From an uncultured Rivularia sp. (GTDB lineage: Bacteria; Cyanobacteriota; Cyanobacteriia; Cyanobacteriales; Nostocaceae): DNA of 64,000 nucleotides. Positions 20,767 through 31,991 of the stretch are shown in pieces. Made by a program: the position numbers and the translations under genes. Every line of letters starts with the position of its first letter. Positions within the stretch are counted from its first letter, which is position 1. The stretch spans positions 1,280,001 through 1,344,000 of the forward strand of contig OY762007.1 in assembly GCA_963665115.1 (NCBI GenBank), written 5' to 3'. The notes beneath the pieces are model-generated. The model saw nothing but the letters and a program-made list of their open reading frames with translations, made no database searches and was not told where the DNA came from.

Positions 20767-21936
20767 ATGGAGTACGATTTTCAACAGCTAGCTCAACTTT
20801 ATAAAAACACTCTCCTCAACGATGTGCTGCCATTTTGGGAAAACCATTCAATAGACTGGGAACAAGGCGGTTATTTTACTTGTTTGGATAGAACTGGTAA
20901 AGTCTTTGATACCGATAAATTTATTTGGTTGCAAAACCGTCAGGTATGGTTGTTTTCCATGCTTTGCAACCAGTTGGAGAAGCGGGAAGATTGGTTGAAA
21001 ATTGCTGCAAACGGTGCAAATTTCCTTGCAGAAAACGGACGAGATGAGAGCAGTAACTGGTATTTTTCTCTTACCCGCGAAGGTAAACCGTTAATACAAC
21101 CTTACAATATTTTTTCCGATTGTTTTGCGGCAATGGCTTTTAGTCAATATGCTCTTGCTTCCGGTGAAGAATCGGCAAAAGAAGTTGCATTACAAGCTTA
21201 TAATAACGTTTTACGTCGTCAAGAAAATCCCAAAGGTAAATATAATAAAGCCTATCCCGGTACTCGTGCGATGAAATCTTTAGCAGTACCGATGATTTTA
21301 GCGAATTTGTCTTTAGAAATGGCTTGGTTATTGAAAGATGATACGCTACAACAAGTTTTAGATAAAACTGTCGAAGAAGTAATGGGTGATTTCCTCGATA
21401 AAAAACGGGGATTAATGTTTGAAAATGTTGCTCCCGATGCTTCCCATATTGATTGTTTTGAAGGCAGGTTAATTAACCCCGGACACGGTATTGAAGCAAT
21501 GTGGTTTATGATGGATATTGCTCAACGTCGTGGTAACAAAGAATTAATTAATCGAGCCGTTGATGTGACGTTGAATATTATTAATTATTCGTGGGATAAA
21601 AAGCACGGTGGCTTGTATTATTTCATGGATGCGGATGGTAATCCACCGCAACAATTAGAATGGGATCAAAAATTGTGGTGGGTACATTTAGAATCTTTGG
21701 TAGCTTTAGCAATGGGTTATCGTTTGACAGGAAGAAAGGAATGTTGGGAATGGTATAAGAAAATGCATGATTATACTTGGGCACATTTTGCCGATGCTGA
21801 ATATGGGGAATGGTTTGGTTATTTGAATCGTCGGGGGGAAGTGTTGTTGAATTTGAAAGGTGGTAAGTGGAAGGGTTGTTTTCACGTTCCCAGGGCTATG
21901 TATATGTGTTGGTTGCAGTTTGAGGGGTTGGGGTAA
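20767..21936 (+). CDS. N-acylglucosamine 2-epimerase (AGE family)
   Basis: [31 protein letters not shown] motifs. Confidence 0.9.
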   Translation: MEYDFQQLAQLYKNTLLNDVLPFWENHSIDWEQGGYFTCLDRTGKVFDTDKFIWLQNRQVWLFSMLCNQLEKREDWLKIAANGANFLAENGRDESSNWYFSLTREGKPLIQPYNIFSDCFAAMAFSQYALASGEESAKEVALQAYNNVLRRQENPKGKYNKAYPGTRAMKSLAVPMILANLSLEMAWLLKDDTLQQVLDKTVEEVMGDFLDKKRGLMFENVAPDASHIDCFEGRLINPGHGIEAMWFMMDIAQRRGNKELINRAVDVTLNIINYSWDKKHGGLYYFMDADGNPPQQLEWDQKLWWVHLESLVALAMGYRLTGRKECWEWYKKMHDYTWAHFADAEYGEWFGYLNRRGEVLLNLKGGKWKGCFHVPRAMYMCWLQFEGLG

Positions 21937-22061
21937 TTGGTAATTGGTAATGGGTAATTGCAGTAATAAACCGCAGAGACGCAGAGAGCGCTGAGGAAGA
22001 GGGGGAGAGAGATATTAAGTGTTAATTTAATAGCGTATCTTTGTTAAATTGAAATGTTCTG

Positions 22062-22622
22062 ATGTCGGAAATAACTGAAGCTTTGCAGCGTATTGAGGTG
22101 TGGTTACAAAATCATATGCCGAATCGCGCTGCTGAATTAAAACCTGGACTTACACGGCGTGAAATTGAGGAACAAGTTAAAGATTTACCTTTTAGCTTAC
22201 CAGAAGAAGTGTATGAATTGTATCAATGGCATAATGGAAGTGTTGATAGATTGCTTATGGAGAACTATGACTTTTTGTCATTAGGAAGTGCTGTTGCAAT
22301 TTATCATGAATGGTTATCAGAGGCAATATTTGAGGAGCCTGAAAAAGCATCTTTTTTTGAGAAATCTCTTCCAATTTTTCAACTTTGGAGTGAAAATGGT
22401 GTTCTTCTAAGTGTAGTTTGCGAAGATTCTCAAAACTATCCTGTAAGGATGCTGGATATATATTGTAGAGACTTCTCTATTCGCTACCGTCGTTTAAAAG
22501 ATTTGATTTTACACATAGCGGATTGGTATGAATCGGCTCAGTATTACGAACAAGATAACTTCTGGGAAGTTGAAGCAGAAAGAGAACATTTTTTAGAGAC
22601 TAAATATATGGCTAGCAAGTAG
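22062..22622 (+). CDS. SMI1/KNR4 (SUKH) family protein
   Basis: L.PGLT.EEIE...LPFSLPEEVYELYQWHNG motif. Confidence 0.8.
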   Translation: MSEITEALQRIEVWLQNHMPNRAAELKPGLTRREIEEQVKDLPFSLPEEVYELYQWHNGSVDRLLMENYDFLSLGSAVAIYHEWLSEAIFEEPEKASFFEKSLPIFQLWSENGVLLSVVCEDSQNYPVRMLDIYCRDFSIRYRRLKDLILHIADWYESAQYYEQDNFWEVEAEREHFLETKYMASK

Positions 22623-22668
22623 ATTATAGATATATCTAACAGCAAATATATAAGCGTTACTAAAATGG

Positions 22669-22914
22669 CAACTTACATTAGATACTCAAAGAGATCATTA
22701 TCAGTGGATGAATGTAGGTTGGCAAGAATTAAATAGTATTTATCGATGCGTGATGCATTTCGATATTAAAGATGGAAAAATTTGGCTTCAGCAGAATTTG
22801 ACGGATTTAAACCCTGCTGAGGAATTAATTGAAATGGGAATACCTAGAGAGGATATTGTTTTAGGATTACAAGCTCCTTATAAACGACAATATACCGATT
22901 GTGGTGTTGCTTGA
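22669..22914 (+). pseudogene. xisI: 5'-truncated XisI family gene
   Basis: In-frame QLTLDTQRDHYQWMNVGW...HFDIKDGKIWLQQNLTD...GIPREDIVLG; in-frame stop at 22651 and the N-terminal part is missing. Confidence 0.8.
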
Positions 22915-22976
22915 AAATTGGCGTTATTATTAATATTGATTCAAAATTATCTCAAACTGTAGTAAAAACAATAACT

Positions 22977-23207
22977 ATGTCATCTCCAGCAATTAGTACT
23001 GTAGTTAAGATTATGGAATCTTTACCTGAAAGCGCACAAAATCGAGTTTTAGAACATCTTCGAGAATATATTCAAGATTTAGAAGAAGAACTGAAATGGG
23101 AGCAGTCTTTTGAAAAAACCGAATCAAATTTGATTGCAGCTGCCAAACGTGCCAAACAACAAATTGCTGAAGGTTTATCAAAGCCAATGGATTATGATGA
23201 ATTATGA
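22977..23207 (+). CDS. Putative type II antitoxin
   Basis: 76 aa acidic helical protein overlapping the toxin start by 4 nt; ATG 22977 preferred. Confidence 0.7.
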   Translation: MSSPAISTVVKIMESLPESAQNRVLEHLREYIQDLEEELKWEQSFEKTESNLIAAAKRAKQQIAEGLSKPMDYDEL

Positions 23208-23467
23208 AATCAGCCACGCTTCCTTCTTTTTGGGAAGGTTATCGCGAACTCGATCAAAAAACTAGACGTAGCGCAAGGAAAGCCTATCATTTGTGGAAAG
23301 ATAACCCTTTTCATCCATCATTGCATTTTAAATGTATCAATAATGATGAAGATATTTGGTCTGCACGGATTACTCGTAGTTATCGAGCGCTTGGTATTTT
23401 TGAAGGTGATACTGTAACGTGGTTTTGGGTTGGTAGCCACAACGATTACGAGAAATTATTTGGTTAA
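23204..23467 (+). CDS. RelE/ParE superfamily toxin
   Basis: 87 aa; NPFHPSLHFK, WSARITRSYRA, WFWVGSHNDY. Confidence 0.8.
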   Translation: MKSATLPSFWEGYRELDQKTRRSARKAYHLWKDNPFHPSLHFKCINNDEDIWSARITRSYRALGIFEGDTVTWFWVGSHNDYEKLFG

Positions 23468-23474
23468 ATTGGCT

Positions 23475-24152
23475 ATGGAAGCATCAGAAATAAAAAATAA
23501 ACGCGGTTTTGATTTAAATGATTACCCTGGTTCCTTTGGTTATGTTTTAGTTAAAGCTGGAATTGATGAAGTTAGTTCAACTCTTGCAAAATTAAAATCA
23601 GCAACTGCGATCGGAGATGTTTACAATAATTCTACAGAATGTTCGGATTACGGTTATCTAGTATGGCAATACTTTGGTCATGATTGGACGATATTTGAGT
23701 ATCACGTTTGTGAATCGGAATTTCCTCAAAAAATATCACGTATTTTAAAAACTGATTCTATTTATTATGAATATGAAGATACATCAGATTGGGAAGGATA
23801 TACTTTTTTTGGAAATGGTGTAGAGATAGAAGAATATGGTTTTGGTCTGGATTATTTTGAAGAAATGGCTGAATCAGCAGAATATAGGGGAGAAGAATTC
23901 GATTTACAATTACAAAGTTATTATCATGACTGTATAAAAGATGAAGATAGAGATTACTTATTTTCATTTAGTAGTACTATTAGAAATGCTTCCGATGATG
24001 AAGTTAAAAATGAAAGAGTATTTTTAAACAATTTTTTTATCAGTCAAAATGCATGGTTGCCAAATTACGAATATATGCCATATATTGACGACAATAGTCA
24101 TATAGATTTACCAAAATCTTTATTTGTCAGAGTCGATCTTGTGAAAGTTTAG
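23475..24152 (+). CDS. Hypothetical acidic protein
   Basis: 225 aa ORF from ATG 23475, co-oriented with the TA pair; family not confidently recognised. Confidence 0.65.
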   Translation: MEASEIKNKRGFDLNDYPGSFGYVLVKAGIDEVSSTLAKLKSATAIGDVYNNSTECSDYGYLVWQYFGHDWTIFEYHVCESEFPQKISRILKTDSIYYEYEDTSDWEGYTFFGNGVEIEEYGFGLDYFEEMAESAEYRGEEFDLQLQSYYHDCIKDEDRDYLFSFSSTIRNASDDEVKNERVFLNNFFISQNAWLPNYEYMPYIDDNSHIDLPKSLFVRVDLVKV

Positions 24153-24222
24153 TATTCTATCCATTGTAGTTTTAGCTGTATAATACTAAAAATAAAAGCA
24201 ATTCTTCACTCTAGCTAATGAC

Positions 24223-24378
24223 GACCCAGATGATTATTCAATATTAATTTTTACTCCGCAACGCGAACCCAAAATTTGTAGAGGTAGTAATCAACTCAAA
24301 GTATTAGAAGGAATTGATTTAACTTTGAGTGCTGAAGAAGTTTTTGGATGGTTGAAAGTGCTTGAAAGGAAAAGTTAA
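24223..24378 (+). pseudogene. C-terminal remnant of Uma2 family endonuclease
   Basis: Reads DPDDYSILIFTPQREPKICRGSNQLKVLEGIDLTLSAEEVFGWLKVLERKS*, resembling cyanobacterial Uma2 C-termini; no start or N-terminal half. Confidence 0.65.
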
Positions 24379-24389
24379 TTAAGAATAAT

Positions 24390-24566
24390 CGGCGGTTGAA
24401 ACCGCTACTACACAAGCGAAGTCCACCTGCGTGGATTGTGAAAAAAATTAACATAAGTTACGGAAAGGAGGCGCTGAAGCGCTACTACGAGCCTTACTAC
24501 ATTACAAATAAATAACCCACGCAGGTGGGTTTTGTCTGTGTAGCCCCAGACTTCCAGTCTGAGGGT
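24390..24566. repeat. REP-like doublet (CCACCTGCGTGG / CCCACGCAGGTGGG family)
   Basis: GGCGGTTGAAACCGC...GTCCACCTGCGTGGA and ACCCACGCAGGTGGGT...GTAGCCCCAGACTTCCAGTCTGAGGG; related at 45965-46060 and 47410-47463. Confidence 0.75.
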
Positions 24567-24595
24567 AAGATTATTCACTACTCACTGTTAACTGC

Positions 24596-26542
24596 TCAAG
24601 ACTCTCTCCCCGAAGCCCAAGTATCTCTCCACTTAACGGTACCTTCACTGGCAATCACCCAGCGACGAGCTAACAAATTTTCCCGTAACGGAGAAATCCC
24701 TTCCCGCAATATCACATATTTATAGCTAATTAACTTCCCAGCACTTTCATTAAAGGGAATCTCGGTAAACCAAGTATTAGAATTAATGTACTCCAAAGGA
24801 TATGCTTTGCTAATATCCCAATTACCCAATTCCGGACAATCACCAATTACTACGATTTTTTCACCAGGCTTTGTTTCTACTCCATTTAATTGCGCTCTAA
24901 CTATTGTTTGCGCTTTCAATCTTTCCCCAACATGACTAATAACGATCGCCTCTTTTGAACCAAGTTCTAAGTTAATAATTTTTCCATCTACAACTTCAAA
25001 TTTACGTCCCGTCAACACGCAAGTATGTTCTCTATCCGGTAACTCGGTATCAACTTCTTCTACAGTTGTAGCGTCTCCTCTATTCAAAGCTACAAAGCAG
25101 CGGGAGCCATTATAGCGGCGCACGTAACAGAAAGTATCTGGTGTAATATATTTCTCCCACTGACTACCCATCGATATCGCTGGATTCAAACGACGCAACC
25201 CGGAAAGCTTCCGCACATCCCAATAAATCGGGGTTTCAGTATCCCACTCATCCATCATCGGACGATTGTAGGGGTCGTTATTTCCGTAGATGTTATTATC
25301 ACCGTTGGTATCGTTATGCAGATATTGTTCGGTACCGTAAAACAAGCAGGGGATTCCCCGACTAGTCATTAAAAAATCAACCGCTAAACGCAAATTATCG
25401 ATATCTGGGTTAAGTGTCAGGAAGCGGTGCATATCATGGTTATCGATAAAAGTTATCAATTCTGTTGCACCGCTATAGCGATAATCCTGCTTTAAAACAT
25501 CATTTACTAAATAAAACCCAGATTCATCATTCGTTCCCAAAGCTTGACGGAGTGCCATGCACAATCCAAAATCTAGTATAGTCATACCAGAATTGTTAGC
25601 GAATTCTACAGAAAGGTCATCATCTGGACGGCTGTAAATCCATTCTCCAAAGATAAACACGTCTGGTTTGTGGTTGTACATTTCACTGTTAAACTCTTGC
25701 CAAAACCAAATCGGCATATGTTTAACTGTATCTACTCGCAGCGCATCAACTCCTCTATCCAACCACTGCTTGATTGCCGATTTTATATAGCTACGATATT
25801 GAATATTATTTTCATTAAAAGTTGCTAAACCCGATAATTCGCAGTTTTGAACCTGCCATTCGTTTTCCCAATCGCTAACTTCGCCGTAATGATGGTACCA
25901 ATTATCTTTATCATTGTTAAAATCGGCAATTTTCACCCCATCATCGTACAATTCACCTTTTCTACCACCAGTATCGGGACTGCTATGATTGCACACAATA
26001 TCTAAGATCAATTTCATATTGCGCTTGTGCAATTCTTCAATCAATCTATCAAAAACAGTATCTCTAGTATCTTGAGTTTTATTCAAAGAAGGTTCATCAT
26101 CGGGGGCAATAAATCGAGGATTCAACCGTTTAAAATCCTTCGTCCAATAGCCATGAATTGCCGCACTTTCAATAAATAATTCTTCAACTTGCTCGAATAA
26201 AGGAGTTAACCAAAGAGCAGTAACTCCCAGATTTCTTAAATAATCTAATTTATCAATAACTCCTTGTAAATCTCCACCCCAATACTTACCCCATTCTTGC
26301 CTATCTGGATCGTAAAGTTCCGAATTAAACCCTTTATTATTCTTAGGATTGCCATCGAAAAAACGATCAACTACAAGAAAATAGATAGTTTCCTGGCGAA
26401 ATTCAATATCCCTAGTGTAGAGAAACTCCAAGTCAATATCGGCATCAGAATCGGGAGTTTCGACAATAGCATCAACTTCTATTTGGGAATTTTCAACATT
26501 ATATTGATCGTCCGAAGCTCGAAATGGAGGAGTACTTACCAT
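24596..26542 (-). CDS. GH13 cyclomaltodextrin glucanotransferase/alpha-amylase with C-terminal CBM20
   Basis: DRFFDG, GGDLQG, HGYW, RVDTVKH, FGEW, FIDNHD; CBM20 GDCPELGNWD. Confidence 0.88.
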   Translation of the reverse strand: MVSTPPFRASDDQYNVENSQIEVDAIVETPDSDADIDLEFLYTRDIEFRQETIYFLVVDRFFDGNPKNNKGFNSELYDPDRQEWGKYWGGDLQGVIDKLDYLRNLGVTALWLTPLFEQVEELFIESAAIHGYWTKDFKRLNPRFIAPDDEPSLNKTQDTRDTVFDRLIEELHKRNMKLILDIVCNHSSPDTGGRKGELYDDGVKIADFNNDKDNWYHHYGEVSDWENEWQVQNCELSGLATFNENNIQYRSYIKSAIKQWLDRGVDALRVDTVKHMPIWFWQEFNSEMYNHKPDVFIFGEWIYSRPDDDLSVEFANNSGMTILDFGLCMALRQALGTNDESGFYLVNDVLKQDYRYSGATELITFIDNHDMHRFLTLNPDIDNLRLAVDFLMTSRGIPCLFYGTEQYLHNDTNGDNNIYGNNDPYNRPMMDEWDTETPIYWDVRKLSGLRRLNPAISMGSQWEKYITPDTFCYVRRYNGSRCFVALNRGDATTVEEVDTELPDREHTCVLTGRKFEVVDGKIINLELGSKEAIVISHVGERLKAQTIVRAQLNGVETKPGEKIVVIGDCPELGNWDISKAYPLEYINSNTWFTEIPFNESAGKLISYKYVILREGISPLRENLLARRWVIASEGTVKWRDTWASGRES

Positions 26543-26891
26543 AGGAATTTATCTTATTTATCCTTAGTTACTTAAGTAGTTCAATACTGAAGACGTTAAA
26601 TCCGTATTCTTCTCAATATTTTTCTTTTTCCGTATTTTAATCATCAAAATAGTATTCTATGACTCATCTAAATTGTATACTCCCTTTTAAATGTTTTCGT
26701 CCTCATTCTTTAGGTAGAGATTATTTATGAAAAAAGAAGAGGCTAGGAAGTTTTAAGTACTTACTTTAATTGAGCGTTTAAATTGAATGAAAGTATACAA
26801 AGACTTGTATGAACTTTTAAGCAGAAATTAATTAATAATGGTGCCGTACTCTCCTATTAACAGCACCCTACTAGCTATTAATTGATAATTG

Positions 26892-27380
26892 TTAATTGTT
26901 CATTGAAAACTGAGAAGACTGCAAACCATGCATATGGTTAAACAAACCCCAGCAATACTCTTCAGGTAGCTTACAGGTAATCGCACCCCGCAACACAACG
27001 TTAAAATACCAATCATTAGGTGCAATTTCTTCTAAAAGTTTATTTACCACCACATATGTGCGGACGTTTTTATATACCTTTCCTTGAAAATCAATATCTA
27101 CAAACTCTTGACGATAACCACCACGCGGTACATCTTCGCGCTTATCCAAGCTTTCGCTAAGTCTTAAAGGTAATCGATAAAGTACGCCATGTACCGTTCT
27201 TGCAGAATCTTTTACCACATCCAACACACCACATTTGCGAAAAGCACTGTAACGGTAAAATCCCAATCTATAACCATTGAGAATTCCCGCACCCATTACA
27301 TAATCATGAGTACTTTCACCCATAGTGCGCTTCAAATCCACCGGACACATACAAGAACCATAAGCAAAATAATAAAACAT
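26892..27380 (-). CDS. Gamma-glutamylcyclotransferase family protein
   Basis: YFAYGSCM, VHGVLY.L....LDKRE; ATG 27380 preferred because the upstream extension is heptamer repeat. Confidence 0.8.
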   Translation of the reverse strand: MFYYFAYGSCMCPVDLKRTMGESTHDYVMGAGILNGYRLGFYRYSAFRKCGVLDVVKDSARTVHGVLYRLPLRLSESLDKREDVPRGGYRQEFVDIDFQGKVYKNVRTYVVVNKLLEEIAPNDWYFNVVLRGAITCKLPEEYCWGLFNHMHGLQSSQFSMNN

Positions 27381-27748
27381 CGATTCTTTCGATTGCGATA
27401 ATTGGGCGCTGGGGATTGGGGATTGGGGATTGGGCATCGGGGATTGAGCATTCATTTTTTATTTAATAATTTACAACTTACACAAAAAGCCCCCCTTCTA
27501 TAAGGGGGGTTGGGGGGATTCTCTTTATTTTAAAGGTAGTAGTGCGACCATCTTGGTCGCTAGAAACCCACAATTGCAAGGGAGAATTTTGCTTGATTGC
27601 TAGGAAGCGCTTTAATTATCAGGGAGCAAGATGTCACACATTAATTTTGAGGGGTACCACATTTGTAGTGGGAGCGTCTCGCTCCCTGGTAGCAACGAGC
27701 GAGCGAGACGCTCGCACTCCCCAAACCCCTTATAACTTATGTGGTGGA

Positions 27749-27857
27749 GTACTAGTTGATTGCATAAATTCTGAAGGGTTCGTTTTTTCCGTAACCTTCG
27801 GGAGACGTTATGTATAACGTCTCTACAACCCGTCAAAATTAATGAAAAGGAATACTA
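27749..27857. mobile_element. MITE family E (about 110 bp)
   Basis: Inverted copy at 61648-61755; imperfect TIRs and internal GAGACGTTAT-ATAACGTCTC hairpin. Confidence 0.7.
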
Positions 27858-27860
27858 CAT

Positions 27861-27960
27861 ATACAGCACTTTGCAGGTATATGAGGTACATTTCCCTACT
27901 CCCTACTCCCTACTTCCTCTAGAAACGATGTGTACCTCACTTAAATGAAATCTGCTGTAT
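27861..27960. mobile_element. MITE family B
   Basis: TIRs ATACAGCA...GAGGTACA / TGTACCTCA...TGCTGTAT; second copy 31662-31770. Confidence 0.75.
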
Positions 27961-27992
27961 ATTCCTATCCCCAATGCCCAATTCCCAATTCC

Positions 27993-30474
27993 CTAACTTC
28001 TAATAATCCGATTCCAGCTTTCCACAACAGTCAGCAAATCTTGAGATAAATTATTCCGAGAAGTGTCGTTAAATTGAACGGTACCATTACGGCTGGTAAG
28101 GGTGTAGGTAATGAAATCTGCACTACCTCTGGTTGCGGGATAACTCATATTGTTGAATTCATCGCGCTGACGCTGCAATAGTCTTTGAAAGTTGCGTACT
28201 GCTTGACGAGAAACTCGGCGAACGCTGCGTCCAGAATCGTTCATATCGCCCATGCGATAGCGCATTATCCTTCCATCTTCAAATAAAACGGTTTCGTAAG
28301 TTTGTCCGGCAAAACCACCACTGCTAATTTGACGAAATACTATTCCTCTGGTTAAACGTGATGGTAGTTCGTTGCGGGGAATTCTCACGGGTAAAACTGT
28401 GGTTTGATTCCCATTTATCTTGCTAGCGGCTTGGTTTAAAATTACTCTGCTTCTCTCATCGGTATGGTAAACGAATAGTTTCTGAACCAACTTTCACGTT
28501 TACTCGGTAGCCATCTACAATTCTGGAGAAACAATAGCGTCTTCTGCGTTGGTTAACTATACCCAAACAGCCATTGCGCCATCTTACTGGTTGGGATTCT
28601 ACAATATTGTTAGCAGAAATTCTACTTCTAACGCGGTTTCTTACGTCGGATAATACTGCATTTTCAATGGATTTTGGTAAAGTAGCAGTTTTATCAACTT
28701 GAAAATCCGAACCATCTTGCTTAAATCGATATGTCCAAGTTTCTCTGCCGTCAGATAAGGTAGCTTTCATCAAGGGGACGTTATCTTGTCTTTCGTTGAG
28801 TCGTTCAACTTCGATAACCCGGATTTGAGAAGCACGGGATGTATATCGGGAGCGTCTTGCTGCATCTTGTTTAAGTACCGCTGCCGCTCTTTGAGTTAGA
28901 CTTTGGGTGCGATCGAGAGTTACTATCGATGCGTTATCATTAGCGTGGTAAACCCATGTTTGATTATTTGCTTCTACTGTGACTATCCAGCCGGGAGTAC
29001 GAATAAAAGCTTTGTTGCAAATGCGATTGAAGGTTAAGTAACAGGGATTGCTCCAAATTTTACGCTCGCTTTTGGCAATCCGTATTCTTCTTTGACTTAA
29101 ACCAGACCATTGCGAAGCATCTCTAAGAATAGCACGCGAAACTGCTTGAGGTAATCCAGATGTTGGCTGAGTATTTTGATTAGATAACTTTACTTGATTT
29201 CCCGTTGCATCGGTGAAAAATACCCAAGTCTTCGAGTTTCCGCTGACGGTTACTTCCCAACCAGAAACGTTAGTTCGATCGCAGGGATTATTGAAACTAA
29301 AATCTTCACAACCGTATTCCCAGTTTGCTGGCTTGAAGGAAGCTATTCTCAATCTTCTTCCCGATAAACCAGAAACATTTCTCGCTTCTTTTAATACGCT
29401 ATTGCGAACGTTTCGAGGTAATCTTAACTTGCTAGCGGCTGCATTCAAACGAATTTGATTGCCGTCGATGGAAGTGTGATAAATCAAAGTTTGTCTGGCA
29501 CCTTTGACGGTAACTTTCCATCCTTTTTGATTTGCTCTCAAACAAGATTCGTTTGCACGTCCTAAATTCAAGCAGCTATCGGTAAAGGTGACTTGCTCGG
29601 CTTTAGTAACGCGAACTCTAGAACTACCAATGAATTCCGATGCGGCTTTTAAAACGGTATCTTTGACTTGAGAAGGTAAGCCGTTATCGGTAATTTCACT
29701 CGCTTTAGTATTCAGCTTAATTACCGAACCGGACTTGTTTGTATGATAAACCAAACTTTGTCCTTTGGTACCGACAATAACCCGATAACCAGGTACTAAT
29801 ACTTGAGAACAAATTGTATTAGCGTCGCGCAATTCCAAACAGCCATCCTTCCAAGTTTTTTGCTGTACCTGCATGATAAAGAAGTTAGAAACTGGCTGCC
29901 CCAAGCGTTGAGCAGCATCTCTAATTACTCGCGATTTTACTGTATTGGGTAATTGCGAACCAGAATCGCCAGAATTACCAGATGCCAAACGTAACTTACG
30001 TCCATTTTTATCGGTATGATAAATCCACCTTTGGCTGCCATCGGATACCGTGACTCGATAACCGGGAACCAAAGCTTGGGTACACATTTCACCAGGTTTG
30101 AGTACTTCCAAGCATCCATTCCGCCAAGTTTCTGAACTGTAACCGGAAATTCTTAACCTATTTTGGGGTATATTTTCATTACGAGATATATCTTTGATGA
30201 CAGCATTCATTACCGCCAGAGGTAAACCAGTTCTTCTGTTATTCTGTCCCTGTACTTGAATTGTGGTTTGTGAATTGTTTTGCTGTTGGCTGACAACTAT
30301 ATTATTACTCGCATTAGCTAACTCGTAATTTTGGGAAGTAGGAACAACCACCGGAGTTGCGATCGCGCTTTTTAGTAGCGCAAATTCGTTTGCAACAGAT
30401 ATAATGCCAGTTAATGCTAAAACAGCAAATATCCGTGCTTTATTTGTAGTAGAATTACCTTTAGATGATGTCAT
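27993..30474 (-). CDS. Secreted protein with seven ~85-aa Cys-loop repeats and C-terminal emfourin-like domain (frameshift at 28479-28481)
   Basis: ORFs 28456-30555 and 27993-28490 join into one repeat unit (KVGSE-LFVYHTD) if one base is removed; signal peptide after ATG 30474 with GAGG upstream. Confidence 0.75.
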
Positions 30475-30797
30475 AGTCAAGTTACCTCTATCCGTCATTA
30501 GTTTACAAATATTTAAGATTTGTTTCTTATATTGAATCAAAATTGCAGCTAACAAAATCTTTTATTTTCCGAGCAATAGCGCTTTAAAGCAATTAAATAC
30601 AAAGAATTAATTATCCCATACTATAAATTTAATAGGGACAAATATGATATTAATGTGTGTGTTTGTATACGAGATTTGACGTAGTTTATTAGGTGATTTG
30701 TTCCTGAATTTTTACGATAACTTTATATAAATAGGTCAAAGGTCAAAGGTTAAAGGTCAAAGGTTAATATCCAATTACCTAATTAATATGGAGAATC

Positions 30798-31640
30798 ATG
30801 AAAGATTTAGAACAAATCCAAAATACCTATAAAAACTATCGAGATGATTATAGTTTGGAGCAGAGAAAGAACTGGTACAGTGAAGTTGCGGATGCGTACA
30901 ACAAAACCAGACCGCATTATCCCCGAGAACTGATTAATCGTACAGTAGAATTAGGATTACTCAGTAAAAATACGAAGATTTTGGAAATAGGGTGCGGTCC
31001 CGGAACTGCAACAACAGAGTTTGCGAAATGTGGCTTTTCAATGGTGTGTCTCGAACCCAGCCAGGAATCCTGTAACTTAGCGAGAAAGAATTGTGCAGCT
31101 TTTCCGAATGTAGAAATTATCAATACTACCTTTGAAGAATGGGAATTACAGGAAAATAGCTTTAATACCGTTCTTGCTGCAACTTCCTTTCATTGGGTTT
31201 CACCAGAAGTAGGGTATCCCAAATTAGAAAAAGCATTAAAAGATGATGGTAATTTGATTTTACTGTGGAACAAAGAACCCCAACCCAGCTATGAAGTGTA
31301 CCAAATCTTAGATGAGATTTACCAAAAACAAGTTCCTTCCCTATCACGATACGAAGCAAGGGGAACTACAGAAAGAATTCTCAGGGAATTGGGGGAAAAC
31401 GTGGTGAAATCGGGATTATTCAAAAATTTGGTGTTTGAATGTATGGAGTGTCAACGTAGCTATAGCATTGATGATTATTTAACGTTGCTGAGTACTTTAT
31501 CACCTTATATAGTATTGGATTCTCAAAAGCGAGATGCTTTATTTAACGATTTGAGAGATGCTTTAAGTAAAAATCTTGGAGACACCATCGAGACATCATA
31601 TCTGTCAGCCTTTCATATTGCGTGGAAGAAAGGTAACTAA
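30798..31640 (+). CDS. Class I SAM-dependent methyltransferase
   Basis: Y...RP.YP, ILEIGCGPG, AATSFHW motifs. Confidence 0.88.
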   Translation: MKDLEQIQNTYKNYRDDYSLEQRKNWYSEVADAYNKTRPHYPRELINRTVELGLLSKNTKILEIGCGPGTATTEFAKCGFSMVCLEPSQESCNLARKNCAAFPNVEIINTTFEEWELQENSFNTVLAATSFHWVSPEVGYPKLEKALKDDGNLILLWNKEPQPSYEVYQILDEIYQKQVPSLSRYEARGTTERILRELGENVVKSGLFKNLVFECMECQRSYSIDDYLTLLSTLSPYIVLDSQKRDALFNDLRDALSKNLGDTIETSYLSAFHIAWKKGN

Positions 31641-31780
31641 TAGACATCTCCGGAAAACATCATACAGCATATTTCATCTTTGTAAGGTACATTCGGACGG
31701 GCAGGGATGCCCATCCCACAAGAGTTTTGTAATATGAGGCTGTACCTCACTTATTTGCAAAGTGCTGTATAGGTTTAAAT
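31641..31780. mobile_element. MITE A end interrupted by nested MITE B
   Basis: TAGACATCTCCGGAAAACAT at 31641-31660, family B element at 31662-31770, then AGGTTT resembling the family A continuation. Confidence 0.7.
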
Positions 31781-31991
31781 ACGGATATTAATTTAGAATT
31801 AATTGTATTTTTTTTATCTTGAATAAGCATTTAGACGTAGATAAATTGTTTAGAAGGTTGTTTGACAATAGATAAATTTAAGGATACAACTTAATTTTTT
31901 GTATCAATATAATCTCAAAATTTCCGCGATTTTGTGTTGAACTGCGGAATCTATTTATTGTTGCCACTTTATTTTTAAAGTATAACTAACT

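Noticed and set aside
22669..22914. Heterocyst excision element suggested by xisI
   Set aside because: xisI is truncated, with no xisH, recombinase or interrupted gene nearby
27381..27455. N-terminal extension of the GGCT ORF (also 49849-49923 of the esterase)
   Set aside because: Encoded by STRR heptamers; downstream ATGs fit the family start better
30676..30704. SigG-type promoter GGAAC...GTCAA upstream of the repeat protein
   Set aside because: Spacer is 19 nt versus 17 nt at sigG; not supportable without TSS data
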